Sequence record: DRR378314_1819
DNA length: 39,932 bases
Strand: one strand, 5' to 3'
Positions within the stretch are counted from its first letter, which is position 1. The number at the start of each line of letters is the position of its first letter. The notes beneath the pieces were generated by a model. That model saw only the letters and a list, made by a program, of their open reading frames with translations. It ran no database searches and was not told where the DNA came from. Positions 1 through 9,524 of the stretch are shown one piece after another. A program made the position numbers and the translations under genes.

Positions 1-396
1 ATCGACGTGCTGATTATCGACTCTACCGACCCGGTCGGCCCCGCCGAAGGGCTGTTTAAAACCGACTTCCTGAAGCGCTGCCACCGTATTCTAAAAAATG
101 GCGGCGTGATGGTGCAGCAAAGCGAATCACCGCTTTACCACAGCGGCTCTATTATTCGCGAACTGCGTAACGACATGCGTGAAGCGGGCTTTGATAGCGT
201 GGCCACACTGCCCTTCCCACAGCCGGTTTACCCTTCTGGCTGGTGGAGCGTCACGTTGGCCGGTAAAGCGACCAGCGTTGAAAGCTTCCGCGAACAGGCT
301 GCCGCTGAGCATAAAATGCCGCTACAGTACTACACTGGTGATGCTCACCGTGGTGCACTATCGCTGCCGCCTTTTATGCGTAAAGCCTTCGCATAA
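1..396 (+). CDS. speE: Spermidine synthase (polyamine aminopropyltransferase), 3' part; runs in from the window edge
   Basis: Frame open from base 1. DVLIIDSTDPVGPAEGLF catalytic motif, QSESP, PVYPSGWWS and C-terminal YY...H..A..LP are typical of SpeE. Confidence 0.93.
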   Translation: MDVLIIDSTDPVGPAEGLFKTDFLKRCHRILKNGGVMVQQSESPLYHSGSIIRELRNDMREAGFDSVATLPFPQPVYPSGWWSVTLAGKATSVESFREQAAAEHKMPLQYYTGDAHRGALSLPPFMRKAFA

Positions 397-416
397 CTTA
401 GCGCCTGCGAATAGCC

Positions 417-445
417 AAAAAGCCGAGCATTGCTCGGCTTTTTTT
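417..445 (+). terminator. Rho-independent terminator after speE (possibly bidirectional)
   Basis: AAAAAGCCGAGCA|TTGCTCGGCTTTTTTT: GC stem flanked by an A tract and a T tract. Confidence 0.85.
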
Positions 446-488
446 ATGTGCTTACGTTTACTTGCCCTTTCACGTTAAGGAATAACAA

Positions 489-1499
489 ATGAAAACCGTT
501 CGTTGGTTGGGAGTAGGAATTGGTGTTTTAGTACCGGCGATGGCCATGGCCAGCACGCTGGAAACCGTTCAAGAGCGCGATAGCGTACGTTGTGGCGTTA
601 ACGCTGCTCAGCCAGGCTTTTCGTCATTAGATGACAACGACCAATACCGAGGCCTGGATACCGATGTATGCCGTGCCATAGCCGCTGCGGCGCTTGGTGA
701 CGCGACAAAAGTAGATTTCGTGCCACTCGACTCGGTAGAACGTTTCACCGCGCTGCAGTCTGGCGAAGTCGATGTCCTATCACGCACCACGACCTGGACC
801 TCAAGCCGTGACACAACGATGGGGATGAATTTTACCGGCGTAAGTTACTACGATGGCCAAGCCTTTATGGTGGCCAGCGATCTAGGTGTGCAAAGCGCCA
901 AAGAGCTTGATGGCGCGGCAGTTTGTACCCAGTCTGGCACCACCAGCGAACTCAATCTTTCTGATTACTTCCGCATCAACGGCATGACTTATGATGCTGT
1001 CGTTTTTGATGCGCCTGAGCAGTCTATTGCTGGCTTTGAAGCGGGCCGTTGCGATGTTTTAAGCTCCGATGCTTCCCAACTATATGCCCAGCGGATGCAG
1101 CTTGCTGATCCCGACATGGCGGTCGTGCTCCCTGAAATTATCTCGAAAGAACCGCTAGGCCCAGCCGTTCGTCAAAATGATGACCAATGGTTCAATCTTG
1201 TGAAGTGGTCGCTGTTTGCCATGCTAAATGCGGAAGAGCTGGGCATTACACAAGCTAACGTAGATGAACAGCTTAATTCGGAGAATCCTGATGTCATGCG
1301 CCTGCTTGGTCAAGATGGTGACTTTGGCGAGCCAATGGGCATCAATACCGATTGGGCGTACCAAATTATCAAGCAGGTGGGTAACTACGCCGATATCTTT
1401 GATAGAAACGTTGGTGCCGACTCTGACTTCAAGATTGCCAGAGGCTTAAACGCCTTGTGGAAAGATGGCGGCATTCAGTACGCACCGCCTATTCGTTAA
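489..1499 (+). CDS. aapJ: General L-amino-acid ABC transporter substrate-binding protein (AapJ/BztA family), copy 1
   Basis: Signal peptide; RCGV..PGFS, ERFTALQSGEVDVLSR, ISKEPLGP and C-terminal QYAPPIR; AAGGA RBS. Confidence 0.9.
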   Translation: MKTVRWLGVGIGVLVPAMAMASTLETVQERDSVRCGVNAAQPGFSSLDDNDQYRGLDTDVCRAIAAAALGDATKVDFVPLDSVERFTALQSGEVDVLSRTTTWTSSRDTTMGMNFTGVSYYDGQAFMVASDLGVQSAKELDGAAVCTQSGTTSELNLSDYFRINGMTYDAVVFDAPEQSIAGFEAGRCDVLSSDASQLYAQRMQLADPDMAVVLPEIISKEPLGPAVRQNDDQWFNLVKWSLFAMLNAEELGITQANVDEQLNSENPDVMRLLGQDGDFGEPMGINTDWAYQIIKQVGNYADIFDRNVGADSDFKIARGLNALWKDGGIQYAPPIR

Positions 1500-1565
1500 T
1501 CCTATTCATCCTTCAAGCCCGTTAATCCATCACACTGAGCGACACTATTTTTTAAGCTAACAGCC

Positions 1566-1621
1566 ACATTAGCGACTATGCATCAAAATAGAGCAATCAC
1601 TAGTCGCTAATGTTTCTTTTT
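1566..1621 (+). terminator. Inverted repeat plus T tract, probable terminator of aapJ copy 1
   Basis: ACATTAGCGACTA (1566-1578) and TAGTCGCTAATGT (1601-1613) form a perfect 13-bp inverted repeat followed by TTCTTTTT. The 22-nt loop is unusually large. Confidence 0.55.
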
Positions 1622-1637
1622 GCACCAATACTTTCGT
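1579..1637 (+). promoter_or_regulatory. NtrC-like enhancer sites
   Basis: TGCATCAAAATAGAGCA (1579-1595) resembles TGCAC-N7-GTGCA. A TGCACCA half-site starts at 1621. Both lie ~70-110 bp upstream of the sigma54 motif. Confidence 0.65.
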
Positions 1638-1690
1638 ATACAGCAGGCATTTTGCGTTGAAAAGCGCTGAATTTGACGACATATCCTTTC

Positions 1691-1706
1691 TGGCACCTTC
1701 CTTGCT
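1691..1706 (+). promoter_or_regulatory. sigma54 (RpoN) -24/-12 promoter for aapJ2-aapQMP
   Basis: TGGCAC-CTTCC-TTGCT is an exact fit to TGGCAC-N5-TTGC. Confidence 0.85.
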
Positions 1707-1766
1707 AGCTTCTAGTGTCATGCATCTGCATGCATAACGACATTAAATCGAGTAAGGGGAACGACC

Positions 1767-2792
1767 ATGATGAATAAAAAACACTTGGTACTGCTGGCCT
1801 CCGCGGGTGCTATCACGTTGGCCGGTGTCGCCACTGCTCAAGCTGATACGTTAGAAGACACGATGGAACGCGGCGCCGTACAGTGCGGCGTCAGCGACGG
1901 CCTGCCAGGCTTTTCCGCCCCGGACGATGAAGGTAACTGGCAAGGACTCGACGTTGACGTATGTCGTGCCGTTGCCGCCGCCGTTCTCGGTGATGCTGAT
2001 GCGGTGAACTATATTTCCCTGAACGCCGTAGAGCGCTTTACAGCCCTTCAGTCTGGCGAAGTCGACGTACTATCACGCAATACCACCTGGACCACCACTC
2101 GAGACACCACGCTGGGTCTCAACTTCACTGGCGTGACCTTTTACGACGGTATCGGCTTCCTAGTTAACCGCGATCTGGGTCTGAGTGGTGCCGACGAATT
2201 GGATGGTGCCGCTATTTGTATCCAGTCTGGTACCACGACCGAACTCAACGTAGCCGACTACTTCCGCGCCAACGATATGCAGTTCGACCCCATTGTATTT
2301 GATACCTCTGAACAAACCGTGGGTGGCTTCCAGTCTGGGCGCTGTGATGTATTGACCTCGGATACGTCTCAGTTGGCGGCACTGCGTATTCAGCTAGATG
2401 AACCGGACAGCGCGGTCATTCTACCCGACATTATTTCCAAGGAGCCTCTGGGCCCTGTGGTACGTCAAGGCGACGATGTATGGTTTAACATCGTGAAGTG
2501 GTCGTTATTCGCCATGATTAACGGCGAAGAGTATGGCGTCACCAGCGAAAATGCCGAAGAGATGCTCAACTCTGAGAATCCTGATGTTGCCCGCCTACTT
2601 GGCCAAGATGGCAACTACGGTGAAGGTATGGGCTTAGAAGCCGATTGGGCCTACAACATCCTGAGCCAAGTCGGTAACTACGGCGAAAGCTTTGATCGCA
2701 ACGTCGGTATGGGCTCTCCGCTTGAAATTGAACGTGGTGTTAACGCCCTCTGGAACCAAGGTGGCTTCCAGTACGCACCGCCGATTCGCTAA
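1767..2792 (+). CDS. aapJ: General L-amino-acid ABC transporter substrate-binding protein, copy 2
   Basis: Same family motifs as copy 1 (ERFTALQSGEVDVLSRNTTWT, ISKEPLGP, QYAPPIR); signal peptide; very acidic composition. Confidence 0.92.
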   Translation: MMNKKHLVLLASAGAITLAGVATAQADTLEDTMERGAVQCGVSDGLPGFSAPDDEGNWQGLDVDVCRAVAAAVLGDADAVNYISLNAVERFTALQSGEVDVLSRNTTWTTTRDTTLGLNFTGVTFYDGIGFLVNRDLGLSGADELDGAAICIQSGTTTELNVADYFRANDMQFDPIVFDTSEQTVGGFQSGRCDVLTSDTSQLAALRIQLDEPDSAVILPDIISKEPLGPVVRQGDDVWFNIVKWSLFAMINGEEYGVTSENAEEMLNSENPDVARLLGQDGNYGEGMGLEADWAYNILSQVGNYGESFDRNVGMGSPLEIERGVNALWNQGGFQYAPPIR

Positions 2793-2883
2793 GCGTCTCG
2801 TTTGACCCCGGCCCGCCGTTCCATCCTTCCAAGGGCATCGGCGGGCCATCTGATTGACCGTCCGTATCGCGGAGACGCCTTCC

Positions 2884-4074
2884 ATGTCCGTAAGCCCTAA
2901 CACTCGTCCCGCTGGCCACAAGCCGCCGTTTTGGCGAGATCGCGCCAAACGTGCGCTTATTTTCCAGCTACTCCTCGTCGCCGCTGTGGCAGCCTTTTTG
3001 TTCTACATTGTCGGTAATGTCCAAGACAACTTATCCGCACGTGGTATCACCACCGGGTTTGGTTTCTTGGGCAACACCGCAGGTTTTGGGATTGTGCAGA
3101 GTCTGATCGACTACTCATCTCAAAGCACTTATGGCCGTACCTTCCTGGTTGGCTTACTGAATACGTTGCTGGTGGGTGGCCTAGGGGTATTGGCCGCGAC
3201 CATCATTGGCTTTATTGTTGGCATCGCCCGCCTGTCGCCTAACTGGCTGCTAGCGCGCTTAGCCACCGCCTATATCGAAACCTTCCGCAATATTCCGCTG
3301 CTACTGCAAATTTTCTTCTGGTACTTTGCGGTATTGCGTACGATGCCAAGCGCCAGAGATAGCCTGGCATTTGGCGAAGCCATTTTTCTCAACGTACGCG
3401 GATTGTATTTACCCCAGCCGCTGTTTGAGTCTGGCTTTGGCTTGATTCCTCTTACCTTCCTTGTCGCCATTGTTGCCAGTATTGCCCTGGTGATATGGAA
3501 CAAGCGCCGCCATGAAGCCACAGGCAAACGCCTACCGGCTTACTGGATCTCGTTTTTGCTGATTTTTGGCTTACCGCTATTAGTGCTAGTTGCCACTGGC
3601 GTACCGGTTACCTGGGAAATGCCGGAATTACGCGGCTTTAATTTCCGTGGCGGTATTACGGTAATCCCCGAATTCCTCGCGCTTTGGCTGGCACTGTCGA
3701 TTTATACCGCCTCATTTATTGCTGAAATTGTCCGCTCTGGCATTCAGGCAATTTCGCACGGGCAAACGGAAGCTGCCCAGGCCCTAAGCCTGCCACGTAA
3801 CCTGGTACTTCGTCTGGTGGTTATCCCTCAGGCACTGCGCGTCATTATTCCGCCGCTAACCAGCCAGTACTTGAACTTGATTAAGAACTCGTCGCTGGCA
3901 ACCGCCATCGGCTATCCCGACCTTGTCTCGGTGTTTGCAGGCACCACGTTGAACCAGACCGGCCAAGCCATTGAGGTCATTGCAATGACCATGGCGGTCT
4001 ACCTAACCATCAGCCTGCTGGTGTCCATGTTTATGAACTGGTTCAACGCCCGAGTGGCACTGGTTGAACGCTAG
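2884..4074 (+). CDS. aapQ: Amino-acid ABC transporter permease AapQ
   Basis: Hydrophobic; TGFGFL, FRNIPLLLQ, EIVRSGI..GQ.EAA loop. Start moved to ATG 2884 (GGAG upstream). Confidence 0.9.
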   Translation: MSVSPNTRPAGHKPPFWRDRAKRALIFQLLLVAAVAAFLFYIVGNVQDNLSARGITTGFGFLGNTAGFGIVQSLIDYSSQSTYGRTFLVGLLNTLLVGGLGVLAATIIGFIVGIARLSPNWLLARLATAYIETFRNIPLLLQIFFWYFAVLRTMPSARDSLAFGEAIFLNVRGLYLPQPLFESGFGLIPLTFLVAIVASIALVIWNKRRHEATGKRLPAYWISFLLIFGLPLLVLVATGVPVTWEMPELRGFNFRGGITVIPEFLALWLALSIYTASFIAEIVRSGIQAISHGQTEAAQALSLPRNLVLRLVVIPQALRVIIPPLTSQYLNLIKNSSLATAIGYPDLVSVFAGTTLNQTGQAIEVIAMTMAVYLTISLLVSMFMNWFNARVALVER

Positions 4075-4095
4075 GCCGACGGTGAGGATGTTTAC

Positions 4096-5196
4096 ATGAT
4101 CCATAATCAAACAATCATTAAAGAGCGGCCAGCCCCCAGTAGTTCTGTCGGGGCGGTTGCCTGGCTACGTGCCAATCTGTTCAACGGCCCGATCAATACT
4201 ATCTTTACCCTAATCGGGCTTTACATACTCTATTTGCTTGTCGTTCCCACCGTTCAGTGGGCGTTTTTGAATGCCGACTGGATCGGTACCACACGAGATG
4301 ACTGCTCTCGGGAAGGGGCTTGCTGGGTCTTCATCAATGCACGCTTTACCCAGTTCATCTACGGCTTGTATCCCCGTGAGGAAATCTGGCGAGCCAACAT
4401 CGTCTTTGCTGGTTTCTTTACACTGATAGCTTGGCTGGCCATTCCCCGCCTGCCCCTCAAACGTTGGGTGGCGATATTTGCGCTCGTCGGTTTCCCCATC
4501 GTTGCCTATGTGCTGCTGCACGGCGGCTACTTTGACATGCCTCGCGTGCCTACGCATCGCTGGGGTGGCTTACTGCTAACCCTGCTGCTGGCCACCGTCG
4601 GTATGGTGGGTGCGTTGCCAATCGGCATTGTGCTGGCGCTGGGGCGTCGCTCCAATATGCCCATCGTGAAAAGTTTCTGCGTGGTCTTCATCGAGTTCTG
4701 GCGTGGGGTACCGCTGATTACGGTGCTATTCATGGCCTCGGTAATGCTGCCGCTGTTCCTACCCTCTGAAATGAATGTGGACCGTTTAGTACGGGCGCTG
4801 ATCGGCCTAACGCTATTCCAAAGCGCCTACATGGCCGAGGTGATTCGTGGTGGCCTGCAAGCCATTCCAAAAGGCCAGGAAGAGGCTGCTGCTGCGCTCG
4901 GCATGACCTACTGGAAGCGTATGGGGCTGATTGTGCTTCCTCAGGCGCTGAAAATGATGATTCCCGGCATCGTGAACACCTTCATTTCGCTGTTTAAAGA
5001 CACCACCCTGGTCATGATCATCGGGCTATTTGACCTATTGGGGATCGTGCAAGCGGCGCTGGCCGACTCACGCTGGCTGGGCTTCTCACTGGAAGGCTAT
5101 GTCTTTGCCGCCTTCATGTTCTGGGTCTTCTGTTTCAGCATGTCGCGCTATAGCCAGTATTTAGAGCGCAAGCTACACACCGGTCATAAGCGCTAA
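4096..5196 (+). CDS. aapM: Amino-acid ABC transporter permease AapM
   Basis: GACW, WGGL, RGVPLI and AEVIRGGLQAIPKGQEEAA (EAA loop). Confidence 0.9.
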   Translation: MIHNQTIIKERPAPSSSVGAVAWLRANLFNGPINTIFTLIGLYILYLLVVPTVQWAFLNADWIGTTRDDCSREGACWVFINARFTQFIYGLYPREEIWRANIVFAGFFTLIAWLAIPRLPLKRWVAIFALVGFPIVAYVLLHGGYFDMPRVPTHRWGGLLLTLLLATVGMVGALPIGIVLALGRRSNMPIVKSFCVVFIEFWRGVPLITVLFMASVMLPLFLPSEMNVDRLVRALIGLTLFQSAYMAEVIRGGLQAIPKGQEEAAAALGMTYWKRMGLIVLPQALKMMIPGIVNTFISLFKDTTLVMIIGLFDLLGIVQAALADSRWLGFSLEGYVFAAFMFWVFCFSMSRYSQYLERKLHTGHKR

Positions 5197-5234
5197 CGCC
5201 GCTTTTATTAACGATTTTTTAGCAGGATAAAGAC

Positions 5235-6011
5235 ATGACTCAAGCAGCTACCGACATCTCTGGCACCCCGACTTCTGATCTAATGGTTGAAATGCGCGGC
5301 GTTAATAAATGGTACGGCGATTTTCACGTGCTGCGCGATATCGACCTGGAAGTAAAGCGCGGCGAGCGTATTGTTATTTGCGGGCCTTCAGGCTCGGGCA
5401 AGTCAACCTTGATTCGCTGCATTAACCATCTGGAAGAGCACCAGCAAGGCGATATCGTGGTAGGCGGCGTACCGCTTACCCAAGACGTTAAGCGTATCGA
5501 GCAAATCCGCCGTAGCGTGGGCATGGTATTCCAGCACTTCAACCTCTTCCCTCACTTAACCGTGCTGGAAAACTGCTGTATAGCGCCCATGTGGGTGCAA
5601 AAAAAGCCGCGCCGCGAGGCGGAAGAAATGGCTATGCAATACTTAGAACGGGTGCGTATTGCTGAACAGGCGCTTAAGTACCCGGGTCAGCTTTCCGGCG
5701 GCCAGCAGCAGCGGGTCGCCATTGCCCGCTCACTGTGTATGCACCCTGACGTCATGCTCTTCGACGAACCAACGTCGGCCCTTGACCCAGAAATGATCAA
5801 GGAAGTGCTAGACGTCATGGTCGAGCTTGCCAATGAAGGCATGACCATGCTGTGTGTGACCCACGAGATGGGCTTTGCCAAAACCGTCGCCGACCGGGTA
5901 ATTTTTATGGACCAAGGGCAAATCATCGAAGAAAACGCCCCTGAGCCGTTCTTCAATAACCCGCAGTCAGAACGTACCCAGCTATTCTTAAGCCAGATTC
6001 TGGGGCACTAA
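5235..6011 (+). CDS. aapP: Amino-acid ABC transporter ATP-binding protein AapP
   Basis: Walker A GPSGSGKS, signature LSGGQQQR, Walker [12 protein letters not shown]. Confidence 0.93.
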   Translation: MTQAATDISGTPTSDLMVEMRGVNKWYGDFHVLRDIDLEVKRGERIVICGPSGSGKSTLIRCINHLEEHQQGDIVVGGVPLTQDVKRIEQIRRSVGMVFQHFNLFPHLTVLENCCIAPMWVQKKPRREAEEMAMQYLERVRIAEQALKYPGQLSGGQQQRVAIARSLCMHPDVMLFDEPTSALDPEMIKEVLDVMVELANEGMTMLCVTHEMGFAKTVADRVIFMDQGQIIEENAPEPFFNNPQSERTQLFLSQILGH

Positions 6012-6041
6012 GTAACGCAATTGATAAAGCAGTTGATAAAG

Positions 6042-6069
6042 CAATGGGCCTCAGCGAAGGCCCATTGTT
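6042..6069. terminator. Hairpin between convergent aapP and the phosphatase gene
   Basis: CAATGGGCCT-cagcga-AGGCCCATTG, a perfect 10-bp stem with a weak U tract. Confidence 0.6.
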
Positions 6070-6123
6070 ATATCCAGCGCTGCCGATTCATTGACCGCTC
6101 CCCCGCAACCACTGCCAACCCGA

Positions 6124-6717
6124 CTAACTCCCCAGCGGGGTAATACTGGCAGGCTGCAGGGCAGGTTGCTCGCGGTGTTGCGTCAGCGGTTTATTGGCGA
6201 GTGCTGTGAGCAATATCTGTAGTGGATCGCCATGGCTCACCACCAATACCGTCTCACCTTCACAGCGGCGCTCTAGCTCCTCAATCACTGCATACATCCT
6301 TGCGGCGACCTTGCTGACCGCCTCCACCTGATGCTGTTGATGCTCAGCATCCTGGGCATCTAACGCCCATACGTCAGGGTAATGTCGATCCGATTGGCCA
6401 TCGAGCTCACCAAAGTAGCGCTCACGAAGGCGCTCCTCTTTCTCCAGCGTTAAGCCAAACGCTGTAGCAACTCTTTCAGCGGTTTGCGTTGTCCGCAAAA
6501 AGTCCGAGTGCAGCACTTTGGTGGGCGTCGGCCAACACCATTGTGCAACGACTGTTGAGAGCTGCTCCTCACCCAGAGGCGACAAGCCGAAGTCGCAAAG
6601 CCCACGCCCAGGCGAACTAATAATGAGGCCTTGTTCGTTCGCTTGGCTATGGCCATGGCGCATCAACAGATAGCGATTTCGCCAATGGTAGAAGGCAGCT
6701 GTGAAAGTGTTTGACAT
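6124..6717 (-). CDS. Histidine phosphatase (phosphoglycerate mutase family) protein
   Basis: RHG motif (MRHGHSQAN), SDFLRT.QTA, LRERYFG, VSHGD. Start placed at ATG 6717 because the longer ORF overlaps phnD. Confidence 0.85.
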   Translation of the reverse strand: MSNTFTAAFYHWRNRYLLMRHGHSQANEQGLIISSPGRGLCDFGLSPLGEEQLSTVVAQWCWPTPTKVLHSDFLRTTQTAERVATAFGLTLEKEERLRERYFGELDGQSDRHYPDVWALDAQDAEHQQHQVEAVSKVAARMYAVIEELERRCEGETVLVVSHGDPLQILLTALANKPLTQHREQPALQPASITPLGS

Positions 6718-6874
6718 ATCTTCGTAATAAACCCTAGATTGAAAGAGATCGTTTTCGAAAAATAAACATCTAGCGCTACAAATGTCCACTTGCGAAACGT
6801 ACGCGCAGTAAAAGAAGCGCTGAATTCGATAGTGGATAGCACAACACAAAAATAACGCACATAAGAGGCTAACT

Positions 6875-7864
6875 ATGGAAACGTCACGTTTCTGCAAGCG
6901 TCCGCTTGCCATGCTAGCGGCTGCATCACTGCTCCCCTTCGCACTCCTCTCTACCCATGCCTTGGCAGAGTGCGAGCGTGGTGACCTGGACCCACTGTAC
7001 TGCGATGAAAACGGCGACATGGTGGCTGATCGGCCAAGCGACGAGTCTGGATGGGCAAACCCGGACACGCTTATTTTTGCTTATACCCCGGTAGAAGATC
7101 CGGCCATTTATTCGGATATCTGGCAGCCCTTTATTGATCATCTATCCGAGGTCACCGAACGCGATGTGCGCTTCTTTGCTGTTCAATCTAACGCCGCACA
7201 AGTCGAAGCCATGCGCAGCGGGCGCTTACACATTGCTGGCTTCTCGACCGGCCCGACTCCTTTTGCCGTGAACTTAGCAGGCGCGGTCCCCTTCGCACTG
7301 ATGGGGTCAGATGATGGTCAGTTCGGCTACACCCTGCAGCTATTTACCCACGTAGACTCAGACATTGAGAGCCTGGAAGACCTCAAGGGCAAGCGTGTTG
7401 CCCACACCTCGCCAACGTCCAACTCCGGTAATCTAGCGCCGCGTGCCTTACTGCCAGAGCTTGGCATCACTCCCGAAGAGGATTACGACATCGTTTACTC
7501 GGGCAGCCACGATCAATCGATGTTGGGCGTCGTCGCTCGGGATTACGATGCCGCGCCGGTGGCTTCTGAAGTGGTCGAGCGTATGGCAGCACGTGGTCTT
7601 TACGATGAGGAAGATGTGCGTCTGATCTACGAATCTGATCGATTCCCAACCACTTCCTATAACTACGCCCATAACTTACACCCGGATCTTGTAGAAAAAA
7701 TCGAGGAAGCCTTCTTTACCTTCGATTTTGTCGGCACCGAGCTTGGCGAGGAGTTTGAAGGCGTCGAAAAGTTTATTCCGATTAATTACAAAGATAACTG
7801 GCAAGTGATTCGTACCATCCAGGCAGCTAATGACGTGAGCTATACACGAGAAAACCTGGAGTAA
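6875..7864 (+). CDS. phnD: Phosphate/phosphite/phosphonate-family ABC transporter substrate-binding protein (PhnD-like)
   Basis: Signal peptide; TP.E, EAMRSG, TSPTSNSG ligand loop and GSHD motif of the PhnD family. Confidence 0.8.
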   Translation: METSRFCKRPLAMLAAASLLPFALLSTHALAECERGDLDPLYCDENGDMVADRPSDESGWANPDTLIFAYTPVEDPAIYSDIWQPFIDHLSEVTERDVRFFAVQSNAAQVEAMRSGRLHIAGFSTGPTPFAVNLAGAVPFALMGSDDGQFGYTLQLFTHVDSDIESLEDLKGKRVAHTSPTSNSGNLAPRALLPELGITPEEDYDIVYSGSHDQSMLGVVARDYDAAPVASEVVERMAARGLYDEEDVRLIYESDRFPTTSYNYAHNLHPDLVEKIEEAFFTFDFVGTELGEEFEGVEKFIPINYKDNWQVIRTIQAANDVSYTRENLE

Positions 7865-7921
7865 CAACGATTGCGCCGCCCCCAGCGGCGCAATTATTCG
7901 CCTTTCGATGGAAACAATCAC

Positions 7922-8728
7922 ATGCTGGAAATTACCAATCTGGTCAAACGTTATGGCCACAACGAGGCGGTGCTGAAGGGACTCGATCTTAAGGTAGAGG
8001 ACAACAGCGTTGTTTCTATTGTTGGCGCGTCTGGTGCTGGTAAAAGCACCATGCTTCGCTGTATCAATCGCTTAGTAGAACCTACATCGGGCTCTATCAA
8101 ACTCAACGGCACCGAACTGGTGAATGTGAAAGGCGCTGAGTTACGCCGTGCCCGGCGCAAAATTGGCATGGTCTTCCAGGGATTTAACTTACTTGATCGC
8201 CTCACCGTCATGGAGAACGTGCTGGCTGGACGGCTTGGCTACGTTAATCTCTATCAAGCAATCTCACGTCGCTACCCTCAAGCCGATATAGAGCGTGCAT
8301 TTACCCTTATGGAGCGCGTTGGGATTGCTCATTACGCCAATAAACGTGCCGATGAGCTTTCCGGCGGTGAGCGCCAGCGTGTCGGGGTGGTGCGGGCATT
8401 AATGCAAGAACCTGACCTGTTGCTGGCCGACGAACCAACAGCATCGCTCGACCCACGCACGTCCGAGCAAATAATGATCCTGCTGCAGAGCCTTGCCAGT
8501 GAGCTTTCGCTACCGGTATTGATTAATATTCATAACGTTGCGCAAGCAAAAACCTACACTGAGCGCATTGTCGGCTTACGCCACGGCAAGATGATTTTTG
8601 ATGGCGTGCCTGCAGACTTCAACAAAGACGCTCTTGATGCCATTTATGGTGGTATTGAAGCGCCTGACGATGCTATTACCGAGCAGCCCGGTGCCCATGC
8701 TGAGGAGCCACGACATGACGCCGTCTGA
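7922..8728 (+). CDS. phnC: PhnC-like ABC ATP-binding protein
   Basis: GASGAGKST, LSGGERQRV, LLADEPTASLDP, ENVLAGRLG. Start at ATG 7922. Confidence 0.85.
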   Translation: MLEITNLVKRYGHNEAVLKGLDLKVEDNSVVSIVGASGAGKSTMLRCINRLVEPTSGSIKLNGTELVNVKGAELRRARRKIGMVFQGFNLLDRLTVMENVLAGRLGYVNLYQAISRRYPQADIERAFTLMERVGIAHYANKRADELSGGERQRVGVVRALMQEPDLLLADEPTASLDPRTSEQIMILLQSLASELSLPVLINIHNVAQAKTYTERIVGLRHGKMIFDGVPADFNKDALDAIYGGIEAPDDAITEQPGAHAEEPRHDAV

Positions 8729-9524
8729 CTCCCCGTCTCCCCCACGTACCTGGAAAAAACCGCCATTCATTGCCAACCCCATCATCCGCTACGGCATTTT
8801 TATTGTCGCTGCGATTTATCTGGTGTGGGCTTTCGGTTCTTTGCCGTTTAACTGGGCGCGCATTTCAGAAGGCTTACCGCGGGCAGCGCGCATCTTTAGC
8901 GGGGGCTTTCCACCCAGCCTGGAACGTTACGAGTTGCTACTAACAGGCTTTAAAGAGAGCTTCCAAATTGCCATTCTCGCCACACTACTAGGCGTTTTTC
9001 TATCGATTCCTTTTGCGGTGATGGCCGCTCGTAACATCGCCCCGATGCCCATTTACGTGATTGGCCGCGCGGTCATTATTATCTCGCGCAGCTTTCACCC
9101 CGTTATCGTGGCTATTTTATTCGTGGCGGCCGTTGGGTTTGGGCCGCTGGCAGGTATTTTAACGCTGACTCTCTACTCCATCGGGTTTGTTGGAAAGCTG
9201 CTAGCAGAAGAGATCGAAGAGATTGATTGGGGGCAGGTAGAAGCCATGCGCGCGGCAGGAGCAGGCTACATTGCCACGCTTTATTACGCCGTCTTTCCAC
9301 AAATATTGCCCCGCCAGGTCGGTCTATCGATGTACCAGCTTGATAGCAACCTACGCGCCTCTGCGGTGGTCGGCATCGTCGGTGCAGGCGGTATCGGTGG
9401 CACATTAATGAATGCCTTTGGTCGCTATGATTACGACTTCGCCTTTGCGATTCTACTGGTCATTATTGCGGTTATTTTACTGAGTGAAGGCATCAGCGGC
9501 TGGGTGAGGAAAAAAATATGGTAG
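8715..9524 (+). CDS. phnE: PhnE-like permease 1
   Basis: GFGPLAG, GKLLAEEIEEID, VGIVGAGGIG. GAGGAG RBS before ATG 8715, which overlaps the phnC end. Confidence 0.85.
   Translation: MTPSDSPSPPRTWKKPPFIANPIIRYGIFIVAAIYLVWAFGSLPFNWARISEGLPRAARIFSGGFPPSLERYELLLTGFKESFQIAILATLLGVFLSIPFAVMAARNIAPMPIYVIGRAVIIISRSFHPVIVAILFVAAVGFGPLAGILTLTLYSIGFVGKLLAEEIEEIDWGQVEAMRAAGAGYIATLYYAVFPQILPRQVGLSMYQLDSNLRASAVVGIVGAGGIGGTLMNAFGRYDYDFAFAILLVIIAVILLSEGISGWVRKKIW

Noticed and set aside
6718..7068. 117-aa N-terminal extension of the phosphatase ORF
   Set aside because: It overlaps phnD on the opposite strand and the promoter gap; the RHG domain begins just after Met at 6717.
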